The translations under genes were made by a program, and so were the position numbers. Shown piece after piece: positions 37,386 to 46,387 of a DNA stretch of 64,000 nt. Positions within the stretch are counted from its first letter, which is position 1. Each line of letters starts with the position of its first letter. Origin of the DNA: Bacillota bacterium (GTDB lineage: Bacteria; Bacillota_I; Bacilli_A; RF39; UBA660); contig SVAO01000006.1 in NCBI GenBank assembly GCA_015059365.1, positions 3,065 through 67,064 on the forward strand, read 5' to 3'. The notes under the pieces are model-generated. The model searched no databases. It saw only the letters and a list, made by a program, of their open reading frames with translations, and was not told the DNA's origin.

Positions 37386-37865
37386 GCAACAACTGCTGAA
37401 TCCCAAGATATTCCAGAAGTTTATATTGGATGGGATCAATCATGCAAATTAATAAGTGGCACAGTATATGAAGTCGGTTCTAAATATACATGTAAGTTTA
37501 TGGGCGATTTTGATAACGAAACAGAAGTAGATTTCTACATGTTGCAAAGTGATCTTGATGCAGGTATGGTTTATTTGATTACTGTAGAAACGTTTGGTTC
37601 TGGTATGACTCAATATGAAGCACAAATAAGTGCGGAAGCTGATTTTTTGATGGAATATAGACTTAATGGGGAAAGTTTTTCATTACCTACATATGGTCAA
37701 TTATACGCAGTTGATAATTCTGAAACATTACCATCATGGCTTCATGGTGAGTATTGGTTAGCGTCAGAGGGAGGGGAAGATGTTTATTCGGTTTTTGGAG
37801 ATACTATAAGTAGTGACCATTCATCGGCAGGAGCTCGATTTGTTTATAATTTAAGTACAATATAA
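36774..37865 (+). CDS. secreted/surface protein A2 (paralog of A1; same leader and beta module, different C-terminal module subtype)
   Basis: The first 204 residues differ from A1 at about 9 positions. C-terminus GWDQSCKLISGTVYEVGSKYTCKF...LPTYGQLYAVDNSETLPSWLHGEYWLAS...GARFVYNLS matches the adjacent B2. Confidence 0.8.
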   Translation: MQRTRNRQIMTIALIMAAIVGLGVGFAAFSSSLSIKSGVSVSPDSSTFSVKFSSSATAQERNPIEAVTNPETLVAKDGEIDAVDATTIGNLSVEFTQPDQTATYTFYARNTGAYLAYLNMIQVGEKTCTPGEGTDADLVAAACDALSVSVSVGTNTVTETESITNHTLAAGSSEEVIVTLEYAKDGARADGPFTVTFGDISLTYATTAESQDIPEVYIGWDQSCKLISGTVYEVGSKYTCKFMGDFDNETEVDFYMLQSDLDAGMVYLITVETFGSGMTQYEAQISAEADFLMEYRLNGESFSLPTYGQLYAVDNSETLPSWLHGEYWLASEGGEDVYSVFGDTISSDHSSAGARFVYNLSTI

Positions 37866-37961
37866 AAGATGATAAACGCTTGTAATAGTATAATTATCTA
37901 AATGATTTTGAATAGAAGTTTTATATAAAATACTTAATTTTATGAATATATTAATAAAAAA

Positions 37962-37988
37962 CGACACAAAAATGCGTGTCGTTTTTTT
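37962..37988 (+). terminator. hairpin terminator, family element copy 1
   Basis: CGACAC-aaaaatgc-GTGTCG followed by TTTTTTT. Confidence 0.7.
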
Positions 37989-38037
37989 GTTGAAAAATGA
38001 ATCATAAATAGGTATACAAGCGGTTTACAAAATTGTA

Positions 38038-38066
38038 TTGACAAATTATTAATAAAGATATATTCT
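38038..38066 (+). promoter_or_regulatory. sigma-A type promoter of B2
   Basis: TTGACA, 17 nt, TATTCT. Same sequence as at 21317 and 39131. Confidence 0.55.
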
Positions 38067-38088
38067 TAAGGAGAATAGAGGTGTAGAA

Positions 38089-38952
38089 ATGAGAAAAAAT
38101 GGATTTACTTTAATAGAATTACTTGCAGTAATAGTAGTGCTTGCGGTAATAGCGTTAATTGCAATACCAGTAGTAATGGATGCAATAAGTAATGCTGAGA
38201 AAGGTGCTGCTGAAAGAAGTGCGGAAAATTATGCATCAGCGGTTGAAAGATTAATTGCTACAGAAAGATTAGATGGTAATATAATTCAAGATGGAACATA
38301 TGAAATTAATAGTGATGGAAATCTAGTAATAAACGGAGTTGTTAAAGTTATTGAAATGAGTGGTAAAAAACCAAATGGTGGAACAATTACTGTATCAAAC
38401 GGTGTGATAGCAAAAGAAAGTACCACTACTATTACAGTTGGTAATTATGACGTTACATACAACGCAGAAGGGAAGACTGTTATTAACGAAAAAGAAACAG
38501 TTGTTCAAACTATTGGTTATGATCAATCATGTAAATTAATAAGCGGAAAATTATATGAGGTTGGTTCTAAATATACATGTAAGTTTATAGGTAATAATGA
38601 AACTGAAATAGAATTAGATTTTTATTTTTTGGAAGATGATTATGAGTTTGGAGCGGTAAATTTGATTTCTGCAGATACTTTTGGTGCAGATACTATGGAG
38701 TTCTACGAAGCATATGTTTATGCAGGAAGTGATTTTGCGGTAGAACATGGTATTATTGGTAGTTTTTCATTACCTACATATGCCCAATTATATGCGGTTA
38801 ACAAATCTGAAACTATACCTTCGTGGCTTTATGGGAATTATTGGTTAGCGTCAGATGGAGGGGTAGATGTTTATTCGGTTTTTGGGGATACAATAATTGT
38901 TGAAGCTGAATCAGCAGGAGTACGGGTTGTTTATAACTTAAGTTTAGTATAA
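38089..38952 (+). CDS. modular type IV pilin-like protein B2
   Basis: MRKNG|FTLIELLAVIVVLAVIALIA. C-terminal GYDQSCKLISGKLYEVGSKYTCKF...LPTYAQLYAVNKSETIPSWLYGNYWLAS...GVRVVYNLS. Confidence 0.85.
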   Translation: MRKNGFTLIELLAVIVVLAVIALIAIPVVMDAISNAEKGAAERSAENYASAVERLIATERLDGNIIQDGTYEINSDGNLVINGVVKVIEMSGKKPNGGTITVSNGVIAKESTTTITVGNYDVTYNAEGKTVINEKETVVQTIGYDQSCKLISGKLYEVGSKYTCKFIGNNETEIELDFYFLEDDYEFGAVNLISADTFGADTMEFYEAYVYAGSDFAVEHGIIGSFSLPTYAQLYAVNKSETIPSWLYGNYWLASDGGVDVYSVFGDTIIVEAESAGVRVVYNLSLV

Positions 38953-39053
38953 AAGATGATAAATTATCAGTGTTTGTAATAACTGAAATATATTAGAAAG
39001 TCTAAATAGTTTTTATAATAAAATGTTTGGTTTTATGAAAATATAACACGAAA

Positions 39054-39081
39054 CGACACAAAAATGCGTGTCGTTTTTTTT
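39054..39081 (+). terminator. hairpin terminator, family element copy 2
   Basis: CGACAC-aaaaatgc-GTGTCG followed by TTTTTTTT. Confidence 0.7.
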
Positions 39082-39130
39082 GTTGAAAAATGAATCATAA
39101 ATAGGTATACAAGCGGTTTACAAAATTGTA

Positions 39131-39159
39131 TTGACAAATTATTAATAAAGATATATTCT
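39131..39159 (+). promoter_or_regulatory. sigma-A type promoter of B3
   Basis: TTGACA, 17 nt, TATTCT. Confidence 0.55.
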
Positions 39160-39181
39160 TAAGGAGAATAGAGGTGTAGAA

Positions 39182-40084
39182 ATGAGAAAAAATGGATTTA
39201 CTTTAATAGAATTACTTGCAGTAATAGTAGTGCTTGCGGTAATAGTGTTAATTGCAATACCAGTAGTAATGGATGTAATAAGTAATGCTGAGAAAGGTGC
39301 TGCTGAAAGAAGTGCGGAAAATTATGCATCAGCAGTTGAAAGATTAATTGCTACAGAGAGATTAGATGGTAATATAATTGAAACTGGAACATATGAAATT
39401 AATAGTGATGGAAATTTAGTAATAAATGGAGTTGTTAAGGTTGTTGAGATAAATGGTAAAAAACCAACTGGTGGAACAATTACTATTTCTAATGGTGAAG
39501 TATTGAAAGAAACCACAATAATAATTGTGGGGAATTATACAATGTCATGTGACAATAATGGAAAATTTGTAGCAGAAGAAAAGAAACAAATAATTGTTGA
39601 TAATACATTTGGTGTTAAATGTACATTGTTGAGTGGTAAATTATATGAAGTTGGTTCGAAATATCTGTGTGATAGGAATGGACGTTCAGAACAATTTTAT
39701 ATTATAAATAGCATTGAAGCTCCAGAAGAAGACAAAGAGTTTTATGATTATAATTTAACAATTATGTCTGCAGAGAATTTAAATAATGGACAAGAAGTAG
39801 ATGGGTCAGAAACATATAGCGTGGTATTTGATTTAGCGCTAGCATGGTTTGAAGACAGTGCTGATTATTATGCAATATTACCTACATATGAACAATTGTA
39901 TGCAATTAATAATTCTGAAACATTACCATCTTGGCTTTCTGGAAATTATTGGCTTGATATTAAACAATCTGATGAGTATTATCAAGAATATATTGTAGAA
40001 AATGGTGTTATAAAGGAAAATAATGATTACATTTTAACAGGAGTACGCGCTATTATAAATTTAAGTTTTTATAAAGAAGGATAA
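39182..40084 (+). CDS. modular type IV pilin-like protein B3
   Basis: MRKNG|FTLIELLAVIVVLAVIVLIA. C-terminal KCTLLSGKLYEVGSKYLCD...IEAPEEDKEFYDY...LPTYEQLYAINNSETLPSWLSGNYWL...GVRAIINLS. The EAPEEDK insert is shared with B1. Confidence 0.85.
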   Translation: MRKNGFTLIELLAVIVVLAVIVLIAIPVVMDVISNAEKGAAERSAENYASAVERLIATERLDGNIIETGTYEINSDGNLVINGVVKVVEINGKKPTGGTITISNGEVLKETTIIIVGNYTMSCDNNGKFVAEEKKQIIVDNTFGVKCTLLSGKLYEVGSKYLCDRNGRSEQFYIINSIEAPEEDKEFYDYNLTIMSAENLNNGQEVDGSETYSVVFDLALAWFEDSADYYAILPTYEQLYAINNSETLPSWLSGNYWLDIKQSDEYYQEYIVENGVIKENNDYILTGVRAIINLSFYKEG

Positions 40085-40159
40085 GACATATTTATAAAAA
40101 ACGGTGCTTAATATAATTACTTAAATATGAAATAAAATATATTTTAGTTTAACATAAAG

Positions 40160-40187
40160 CGACACAAAAATACGTGTCGTTTTTTTA
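40160..40187 (+). terminator. hairpin terminator, family element copy 3, abutting the spoIIGA promoter
   Basis: CGACAC-aaaaatac-GTGTCG followed by a T-run that runs into TATAAT at 40186-40191. Confidence 0.6.
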
Positions 40188-40191
40188 TAAT
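40186..40191 (+). promoter_or_regulatory. -10 element (TATAAT) of the spoIIGA-sigE operon; no recognisable -35
   Basis: TATAAT lies 15 nt upstream of the spoIIGA ATG region. The -35 position falls inside the hairpin (CACAAA). This fits an activator-dependent promoter, as for Spo0A-dependent spoIIG in B. subtilis. Confidence 0.4.
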
Positions 40192-40206
40192 GTTTTTGGT
40201 GATGAT

Positions 40207-40983
40207 ATGAAAATATATGTAGACCTCGTTTTGCTTTTAAATTTTGCATTTGATTTTATATTATTATTATCTGTCTCTATTCTTTTAAGAAGGAAATCTG
40301 ATGTTAATCGTATTTTAATAGGTGCTTTTGTAGGAAGCCTTAGTATATTATTTTTGTTTATTGAAGTAAATTCAGTTCAGCTTTTTCTTTTTAAGTTGAT
40401 TATTAGTATTTTAATGATTTTAGTTTCATTTGGATTTGTAAATTTAAAATATTTTTTTAAAAATATTGGTTATTTTTATATGTCTAGTTTTGTATTAGGT
40501 GGATTTTTATATTTTTTAAATGTAGAATTTTCTTATAAACAAGAAGGGTTAATATTTTTTCATAAGGGTCTTAGTATAAATTTTATATTTTTAATCATAT
40601 TTTCACCAATTATAATATATATTTATGTGAAACAAGGATTAAGGCTTAAAAATAATTATAGTAAATATCATAAAGTAAGGATAAATTGTGGTGAAGAGGA
40701 ATTTGAATGTGTAGGTTATGTCGATACAGGAAACAAAGTTATTGATCCTTATTTTAAAAGGAGGATTATATTTGTAGATAAACAATTAACTTTAAATAAT
40801 AATTTTGTAATTGTTCCATATCAAACTATTGATAATGAAGGGTTTATAAAATGTTTTAAAATAGATAAGTTAGAGATAGATAATAAAGAAGTAAGTGATA
40901 AGTTTTTAGTTAGTTTTATAGGCAAAAAAATAAGCATTGATGGGGTAGACTGTATATTACCAGAGATAGGAGAGATAAAGTGA
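40207..40983 (+). CDS. spoIIGA: sigma-E processing peptidase SpoIIGA
   Basis: MKIYVDLVLLLNFAFDFILLLSV matches the SpoIIGA N-terminus (MKIYLDVIWLLNF...). Five TM helices and aspartic-protease-like GYVDTGN. Directly upstream of sigE. The ORF-track start at 40174 lies inside the hairpin. Confidence 0.9.
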   Translation: MKIYVDLVLLLNFAFDFILLLSVSILLRRKSDVNRILIGAFVGSLSILFLFIEVNSVQLFLFKLIISILMILVSFGFVNLKYFFKNIGYFYMSSFVLGGFLYFLNVEFSYKQEGLIFFHKGLSINFIFLIIFSPIIIYIYVKQGLRLKNNYSKYHKVRINCGEEEFECVGYVDTGNKVIDPYFKRRIIFVDKQLTLNNNFVIVPYQTIDNEGFIKCFKIDKLEIDNKEVSDKFLVSFIGKKISIDGVDCILPEIGEIK

Positions 40984-41672
40984 TAAAGAAAATAATTAAT
41001 TGTATTGTTCGTATTTTTAGTGGAGAAGAATCAATTTTTTTTGTGGGTAGTGCAGACAAGTTACCAGAACCACTTTCTAAAGAAGATGAAATATATTATG
41101 TTTCTAAAGCTAGTGATGGAGATGAGGCTGCACGTTCAAAACTTATCGAACATAATTTACGTTTGGTTGTATTTTTATCTAAAAAATATGAAAATACAGG
41201 AGTTGATTTAGAAGATTTGGTAAGCATTGGAACAATTGGATTAATTAAGGGAGTAAATACTTATAAGTTAGATAAAAATATAAAACTTGCAACTTACGCA
41301 TCTCGTTGTATAGATAATGAAATATTGATGTTTTTAAGAAAAAATAAAAAAAGACGTGGTGAGGTAAGTTTTGAGGATAGTTTAAGTTACGATTCTGAAG
41401 GTAATGAACTTCATTTAGAAGATATTTTAGGAACAGAATCTAATATTGTAACTAAAGGTATAGAAGAAGAAAATGATAAAAAAGAGTTATATTGTGAAAT
41501 TGAAAAATTAAGTAAAAGGGATAAGGAGATAATGGTCTTAAGGTATGGTTTATTTAATCATGAAGAGATGACACAAAAGGATGTTGCATTAAAACTAGGA
41601 ATTAGTCAATCGTATATATCGCGTATTGAAAAAAAAGTTATAAGAAGACTTAAATCGCTTACGAAGTATTAA
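40980..41672 (+). CDS. sigE: RNA polymerase sporulation sigma factor pro-sigma-E
   Basis: GTG start overlapping the spoIIGA stop. LPEPLSKEDE, LIEHNLRLVVF, ENTGVDLEDLVSIGTIGLIKGVNTY, KLATYASRCIDNEILMFLR and ISQSYISRIEKK are nearly collinear with B. subtilis SigE. Confidence 0.93.
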   Translation: MIKKIINCIVRIFSGEESIFFVGSADKLPEPLSKEDEIYYVSKASDGDEAARSKLIEHNLRLVVFLSKKYENTGVDLEDLVSIGTIGLIKGVNTYKLDKNIKLATYASRCIDNEILMFLRKNKKRRGEVSFEDSLSYDSEGNELHLEDILGTESNIVTKGIEEENDKKELYCEIEKLSKRDKEIMVLRYGLFNHEEMTQKDVALKLGISQSYISRIEKKVIRRLKSLTKY

Positions 41673-41732
41673 AAATATTGCTAAAATGATAATAGTGTGT
41701 TAAACTAATACATAGTGAAGGAGGAATCACTT

Positions 41733-41945
41733 GTGCAAATAGTTTTAATGATTATATCAATTTTATTAATTGCAATAGTATTACTTCAAAGTGCTAAGGC
41801 TGAAAGTGCTTCTAATGCTATTACTGGAGGAAATGACAGTTTATTTGCTAATCGTAAAGAAAGAGGCGGGGAATTAGTTATTAGCCGTATGACTTTAGGA
41901 TTAGGTATTGCATTTTTTATTATTTGTTTAATTATAGGATTTTAA
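41733..41945 (+). CDS. secG: preprotein translocase subunit SecG
   Basis: About 70 aa with two TM helices. LLQSAKAE...ITGG... motif. GTG start 7 nt after GGAGG. Confidence 0.75.
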   Translation: MQIVLMIISILLIAIVLLQSAKAESASNAITGGNDSLFANRKERGGELVISRMTLGLGIAFFIICLIIGF

Positions 41946-41973
41946 GTGTAAAGTAATTTACACTTTTATTTTT
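41946..41973 (+). terminator. Rho-independent terminator after secG
   Basis: GTGTAAA-gtaa-TTTACAC followed by TTTTATTTTT. Confidence 0.75.
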
Positions 41974-42050
41974 GATAAATTTATATAAGATTACTGTATA
42001 AATAGAAATATTTATATTTTTTTGTTATAATATTTTATAGGGTGTATATT

Positions 42051-43076
42051 ATGAAAAGTATATATAATTATACATTGGAAGATTTAGAACGTTATTTTTT
42101 AAGTATTGACGAAAAAAAATTTAAAGCAGTTCAAGTTTTTGATTGGCTTTATCGTAAACGAGTACAATCTTTTGATGAAATGAGCAATATAAAAAAACAA
42201 GTTTTAGATAGATTAAATAGTGATTTTAAAATAGATACTTTGGAAATTATTGATCATAAAAGTGATACAGATGTGCATAAGTTTTTATTTAAGTTAAATG
42301 ATAATGAAAAAGTGGAAGCAGTACTGATGAATCATGATTATGGAAATAGTTTATGTGTATCTAGCCAAGTTGGTTGTAATATGGGATGTTCCTTTTGCGA
42401 AAGTGGTAGGTTAAAAAAAGTTAGAAATTTAGAAACAAGTGAAATGGTTTTACAATATTTACTTGTTGAACAGGTTTTAAATTTAAAAATAAGCCATGTA
42501 GTATTAATGGGAATTGGAGAACCTTTTGATAATTATGACAACGTAATGAGTTTTATAGATATATTAAATACTGGAAAAGGAATTGATTTAGGGGCACGTC
42601 ATATTACTGTTTCAACATGTGGTATTGTTCCAAAAATTAAAGAATTTACTGAGTTTGGTAAACAAGTAAATCTAGCTATATCCCTTCATGCTCCTAATGA
42701 TGAGTTAAGAAATAAATTGATGAAGATTAATAAAGTTTATCCGATAGAGGAAGTTATGAAGGCTGTAAAAGAATATATCAAAAAAACTAATCGAAGAGTT
42801 ACTTTTGAATATATTTTATTAAGTGGAGTTAATGACACTGATAAGTGTGCTTTAGAATTAGTTAATTTATTAAAAGGAATGAATTGTTATGTTAATTTAA
42901 TTCCTTATAATGAAACTAGTCATATTGATTATAAAAAGAGTAGTAGCGAAAATATTATGAAATTTTATGATATATTAAAAAAGAATAATATTGGTGTTAC
43001 AATAAGAAGAGAATTTGGTTCTAAAGTAAATGCGGCTTGTGGTCAACTTAGATCAAAATATGAGGAGGTAAAATAA
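42051..43076 (+). CDS. rlmN: 23S rRNA (adenine2503-C2)-methyltransferase RlmN (radical SAM)
   Basis: FKAVQVFDWLY N-domain. CNMGCSFCESG cluster motif. C-terminal CGQL. Confidence 0.9.
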   Translation: MKSIYNYTLEDLERYFLSIDEKKFKAVQVFDWLYRKRVQSFDEMSNIKKQVLDRLNSDFKIDTLEIIDHKSDTDVHKFLFKLNDNEKVEAVLMNHDYGNSLCVSSQVGCNMGCSFCESGRLKKVRNLETSEMVLQYLLVEQVLNLKISHVVLMGIGEPFDNYDNVMSFIDILNTGKGIDLGARHITVSTCGIVPKIKEFTEFGKQVNLAISLHAPNDELRNKLMKINKVYPIEEVMKAVKEYIKKTNRRVTFEYILLSGVNDTDKCALELVNLLKGMNCYVNLIPYNETSHIDYKKSSSENIMKFYDILKKNNIGVTIRREFGSKVNAACGQLRSKYEEVK

Positions 43077-43813
43077 TGGACTATGGATATTTAACTGATC
43101 CTGGAAAGGTTAGAGATCATAATGAAGATAGTGTAATTGTTGTAAAAAATGCATCTGGGGAACACATGCTTGCAGTTGCAGACGGTATGGGGGGACATCG
43201 CGGAGGCGAAATTGCTTCTAGTATTGCGATTTCTCATATTGGAAAACGTTTTTCTGAAATAAGTAGTATAGGTAACAAGGAAGATGCAATAAATTGGATT
43301 AGAGATGTTGTGAGTGAAGCTAATGTTCTACTTTATAAATATACTAGTGAGAATCCTGAAAGTACTGGAATGGGAACAACATTAGTTTTAGCAGTTTTAA
43401 CTAAAGACTTCTTATTATTTGGTAATATTGGAGATTCATCTGGCTATGTTTTAAAAAATGGGCGTTTACATAAAATTACAACTGATCATACATTAGTAAA
43501 CCTTCTTGTTAAATCAGGAGAATTAACAGAAGAAGAGGCTAAAGAACATCCTAGAAAAAATGTATTAATGAGAGCATTAGGTGCAACAACAACAGTGGAA
43601 ATGGATATTTTTGATGTTGAAACTGATGTAGATGGGATTTTCTTATGTAGTGATGGGCTTACTAACATGTTAGATGATGAGCAAATTGCAAAAGTGTTAA
43701 CCGAAAAAAATACGGTTGAAGATAAACTTCGTAAGTTAATAGTTAAAAGTAATAATCGTGGAGGAACTGATAATATATCAGCTACATTTTTAGAAAAGAA
43801 GGTGAGTGAGTAA
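43076..43813 (+). CDS. prpC: PP2C-family Ser/Thr protein phosphatase (Stp/PrpC)
   Basis: NEDS, VADGMGGHRGGEIAS, DGLTN and GGTDNIS motifs. ATGA-coupled to rlmN and followed by prkC. Confidence 0.9.
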   Translation: MDYGYLTDPGKVRDHNEDSVIVVKNASGEHMLAVADGMGGHRGGEIASSIAISHIGKRFSEISSIGNKEDAINWIRDVVSEANVLLYKYTSENPESTGMGTTLVLAVLTKDFLLFGNIGDSSGYVLKNGRLHKITTDHTLVNLLVKSGELTEEEAKEHPRKNVLMRALGATTTVEMDIFDVETDVDGIFLCSDGLTNMLDDEQIAKVLTEKNTVEDKLRKLIVKSNNRGGTDNISATFLEKKVSE

Positions 43814-43814
43814 T

Positions 43815-45536
43815 ATGGTTATAAAGGGTCAAAAGATAAATGATCGTTATCAAATTATTAGAACTATTGGTGAAGGTGGCATGGCTAATGTTTATTTAGC
43901 GTATGACACGATTTTAAACCGTGAGGTTGCAGTGAAATTACTTCGCGGGGATTTAGCGGATGATGAAAAGTTTGTAAGACGTTTTCAAAGGGAAGCTATT
44001 TCAGCATCATCACTTTCCCATCCTAATATTGTAGAGATGTATGATGTAGGTGAAGATGATGGTAAATACTATATTGTAATGGAATATGTAGATGGAAAAA
44101 CATTAAAAAGTTTGATAAAACGTCGTGGAGGCCTTACTTTAACTGAGGTAATTGATATTATGCTTCAATTAACATCTGCTGTTGCATGTGCCCATGATAG
44201 TTATATTATTCATCGTGACATTAAACCACAAAATGTTTTAATAAAAGAAGATGGAACTGTAAAAATAACTGATTTTGGAATTGCAATGGCATTAAATAGT
44301 AATGAACTTACTCAAACAAATTCTGTTATGGGGTCAGTACACTATCTTCCACCAGAACAAGCTAATGGTAGTGGTTCAACAATAAAAAGTGATATTTATT
44401 CACTAGGAATCTTGATGTTTGAATTGTTAACTGGCAAACTTCCTTTTAAAGGTGATAATGCAGTTGAAATTGCAATCAAACAAATGAGAGATCAAATTCC
44501 GAGTGTGTGTGCAATTAATTCAGAAATTCCTCAATCAATCGAAAATATTATTTTGAAATCATGTGCGAAGAATCCTAAAAATCGTTATGAGAATGTGTTA
44601 GAGATGCACAATGATATAAAGAATGCATTAAATGAAGAAAGAAAAGATGAACAAAGAATTACATATCGCTATTCTGAACATGATTTGGAAGAAACAAAAA
44701 TTATGCCAAATTTAAATAAGACATCAGAACAGGAAGTAAAAAAAGAAGAAAAAGAAGAAAGCACAAAAAGTGATAAGACTATGAATGGGGTTATAATTGG
44801 TCTTGTTATCGCAGCAATTTCATTAATTGCAATAATATCAGCAGTGATTTTAGTTCCTGCATTAACTCAAGAAAAGGAAATTGTTGTACCTGATGTTTCT
44901 AATATGAGTGTGGTTGATGCAGAAAAAACTTTAAAGAAACTTGGATTTACAGTAAATACCGAGACTAAGTTAGAACCATCTGATACTGTTAAAGAAGGAT
45001 TGGTGATTGGAACTAAGCCGGTTAACGGTGTTTCTAGAAAAGAAGGAACAGAAATTACATTAGTTATTTCAAGCGGTGAAGAAGGTATTGTTGTAGAAAA
45101 TTATATAGGTAAAAATTATTATGAAGTAAAAGGGATGCTAGAAGCTAATGGTATTGTGGTTATGGTAGATAAAAAAGAAGTTCAAGATAAAGAAATAACT
45201 GAAAATACAATAATAGAACAATACCCTGAAGTTGGAACTAAAGTTATACAAGGTGGAACTGTTAAATTAGTTATTCCAGATGTTATTACTAAATATCCTA
45301 ATTTTGTTAGTGAAGGATGGACTGTTGAAGACATTAGTAAATTCTGTGAAGAATATGGTTTAACACTTACAATTGTAGAAGAAGAAACAGATTTGTATCC
45401 TGCGGGAAGGGTTATTAAACAAAGCAGAAGTGCAGATTCTAGAGTAATCGCAGGTGTTAGTTTAAAAATTACAGTAGCAAAAGAGGTAACCTTTGTAGAA
45501 CCAGAAAATCCAGAGGATATACCAGGCGAATTCTAA
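43815..45536 (+). CDS. prkC: Ser/Thr protein kinase PrkC with three PASTA repeats
   Basis: GEGGMANVY, VAVK, HRDIKPQN, DFG and PPE kinase motifs. One TM helix. Three repeats of about 65 aa beginning VPDVSNMS / VENYIGKN / YPNFVSEG. Confidence 0.92.
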   Translation: MVIKGQKINDRYQIIRTIGEGGMANVYLAYDTILNREVAVKLLRGDLADDEKFVRRFQREAISASSLSHPNIVEMYDVGEDDGKYYIVMEYVDGKTLKSLIKRRGGLTLTEVIDIMLQLTSAVACAHDSYIIHRDIKPQNVLIKEDGTVKITDFGIAMALNSNELTQTNSVMGSVHYLPPEQANGSGSTIKSDIYSLGILMFELLTGKLPFKGDNAVEIAIKQMRDQIPSVCAINSEIPQSIENIILKSCAKNPKNRYENVLEMHNDIKNALNEERKDEQRITYRYSEHDLEETKIMPNLNKTSEQEVKKEEKEESTKSDKTMNGVIIGLVIAAISLIAIISAVILVPALTQEKEIVVPDVSNMSVVDAEKTLKKLGFTVNTETKLEPSDTVKEGLVIGTKPVNGVSRKEGTEITLVISSGEEGIVVENYIGKNYYEVKGMLEANGIVVMVDKKEVQDKEITENTIIEQYPEVGTKVIQGGTVKLVIPDVITKYPNFVSEGWTVEDISKFCEEYGLTLTIVEEETDLYPAGRVIKQSRSADSRVIAGVSLKITVAKEVTFVEPENPEDIPGEF

Positions 45537-45550
45537 GAAGGAAGTAATAA

Positions 45551-46384
45551 ATGGAAGGAATTATTGTTAAAAATATTAGTAATGATTATACTGTAAGATG
45601 TGATAATAAATATTATATTTGTAAGCCTAGGGGGAAATTTCGTAAGGAAAATATTTCCCCTTTAGTGGGCGATATAGTTGTGATAGATGAAAATAATAAT
45701 TATATTTTAGAAATAAAGAGTAGAAAAAATGAACTTGTTAGGCCATCTGTTGCGAATGTTGATCAAGCAGTAATAATAATGAGTATCGCATACCCTGATT
45801 TTTCTGATAATCTATTAGATAAATTGTTAGTTATACTAGAGTTTAATAATATTAAACCGATTATTTGTTTTACTAAATTAGATTTACTAAAAGAAGAAGA
45901 GAAAGAAGAAGCTATTAATTTTATAAATTATTATAAACATATCGGATATGATGTTTATGATAATACGCAATTAGATGAGATTAAAAAAATATTTAAAAAC
46001 AAGTTAACAGTATTTACAGGTCAGAGTGGCGCTGGGAAATCGACTTTAATTAATAAGTTAAATCCTAATTTGAATCTTAAAACTGATGAAATATCTAAAG
46101 CGTTAGGGCGTGGAAAACATACTACACGTCATGTAGAATTGATTGATTTATATGGTGGTTTAGTAGCAGATACGCCTGGATTTTCTAGTGTTTCGTTTTT
46201 GGGTATGTCACTATCAGACATAAGAGATAGTTTTATTGAATTTAATAAATATCGAGATGAGTGTGAATATAAAGATTGTATGCATGATAATGAATCGATT
46301 TGTGAAATAAAAAAACAACTAAAGGAAAGTAATATTTTGGAAAGTCGTTATCAAAATTATTTAAAATTTATAGGTAGAAGGTGA
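45551..46384 (+). CDS. rsgA: ribosome small-subunit-dependent GTPase RsgA (YloQ)
   Basis: OB-fold N-terminus. Permuted GTPase (TKLDL then GQSGAGKST). C-terminal zinc knuckle C..C.H....C. Confidence 0.9.
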   Translation: MEGIIVKNISNDYTVRCDNKYYICKPRGKFRKENISPLVGDIVVIDENNNYILEIKSRKNELVRPSVANVDQAVIIMSIAYPDFSDNLLDKLLVILEFNNIKPIICFTKLDLLKEEEKEEAINFINYYKHIGYDVYDNTQLDEIKKIFKNKLTVFTGQSGAGKSTLINKLNPNLNLKTDEISKALGRGKHTTRHVELIDLYGGLVADTPGFSSVSFLGMSLSDIRDSFIEFNKYRDECEYKDCMHDNESICEIKKQLKESNILESRYQNYLKFIGRR

Positions 46385-46387
46385 ATT

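Larger units (their letters stand above)
37958..38286 (+). repeat. tandem repeat unit 1 (terminator, promoter, first ~200 nt of B2)
   Basis: About 98 percent identical to 39050-39379 (one extra T and about 4 substitutions by eye). Tandem period 1093 bp. Confidence 0.85.
39050..39379 (+). repeat. tandem repeat unit 2 (terminator, promoter, first ~200 nt of B3)
   Basis: See 37958-38286. Confidence 0.85.

Noticed and set aside
37958-40190. Regularly spaced repeats that might suggest a CRISPR array or mobile element
   Set aside because: The repeat period is 1093 bp. The units are a terminator, a promoter and the 5' coding region of paralogous genes. There are no short direct repeats with spacers, no inverted terminal repeats, and no transposase or integrase.
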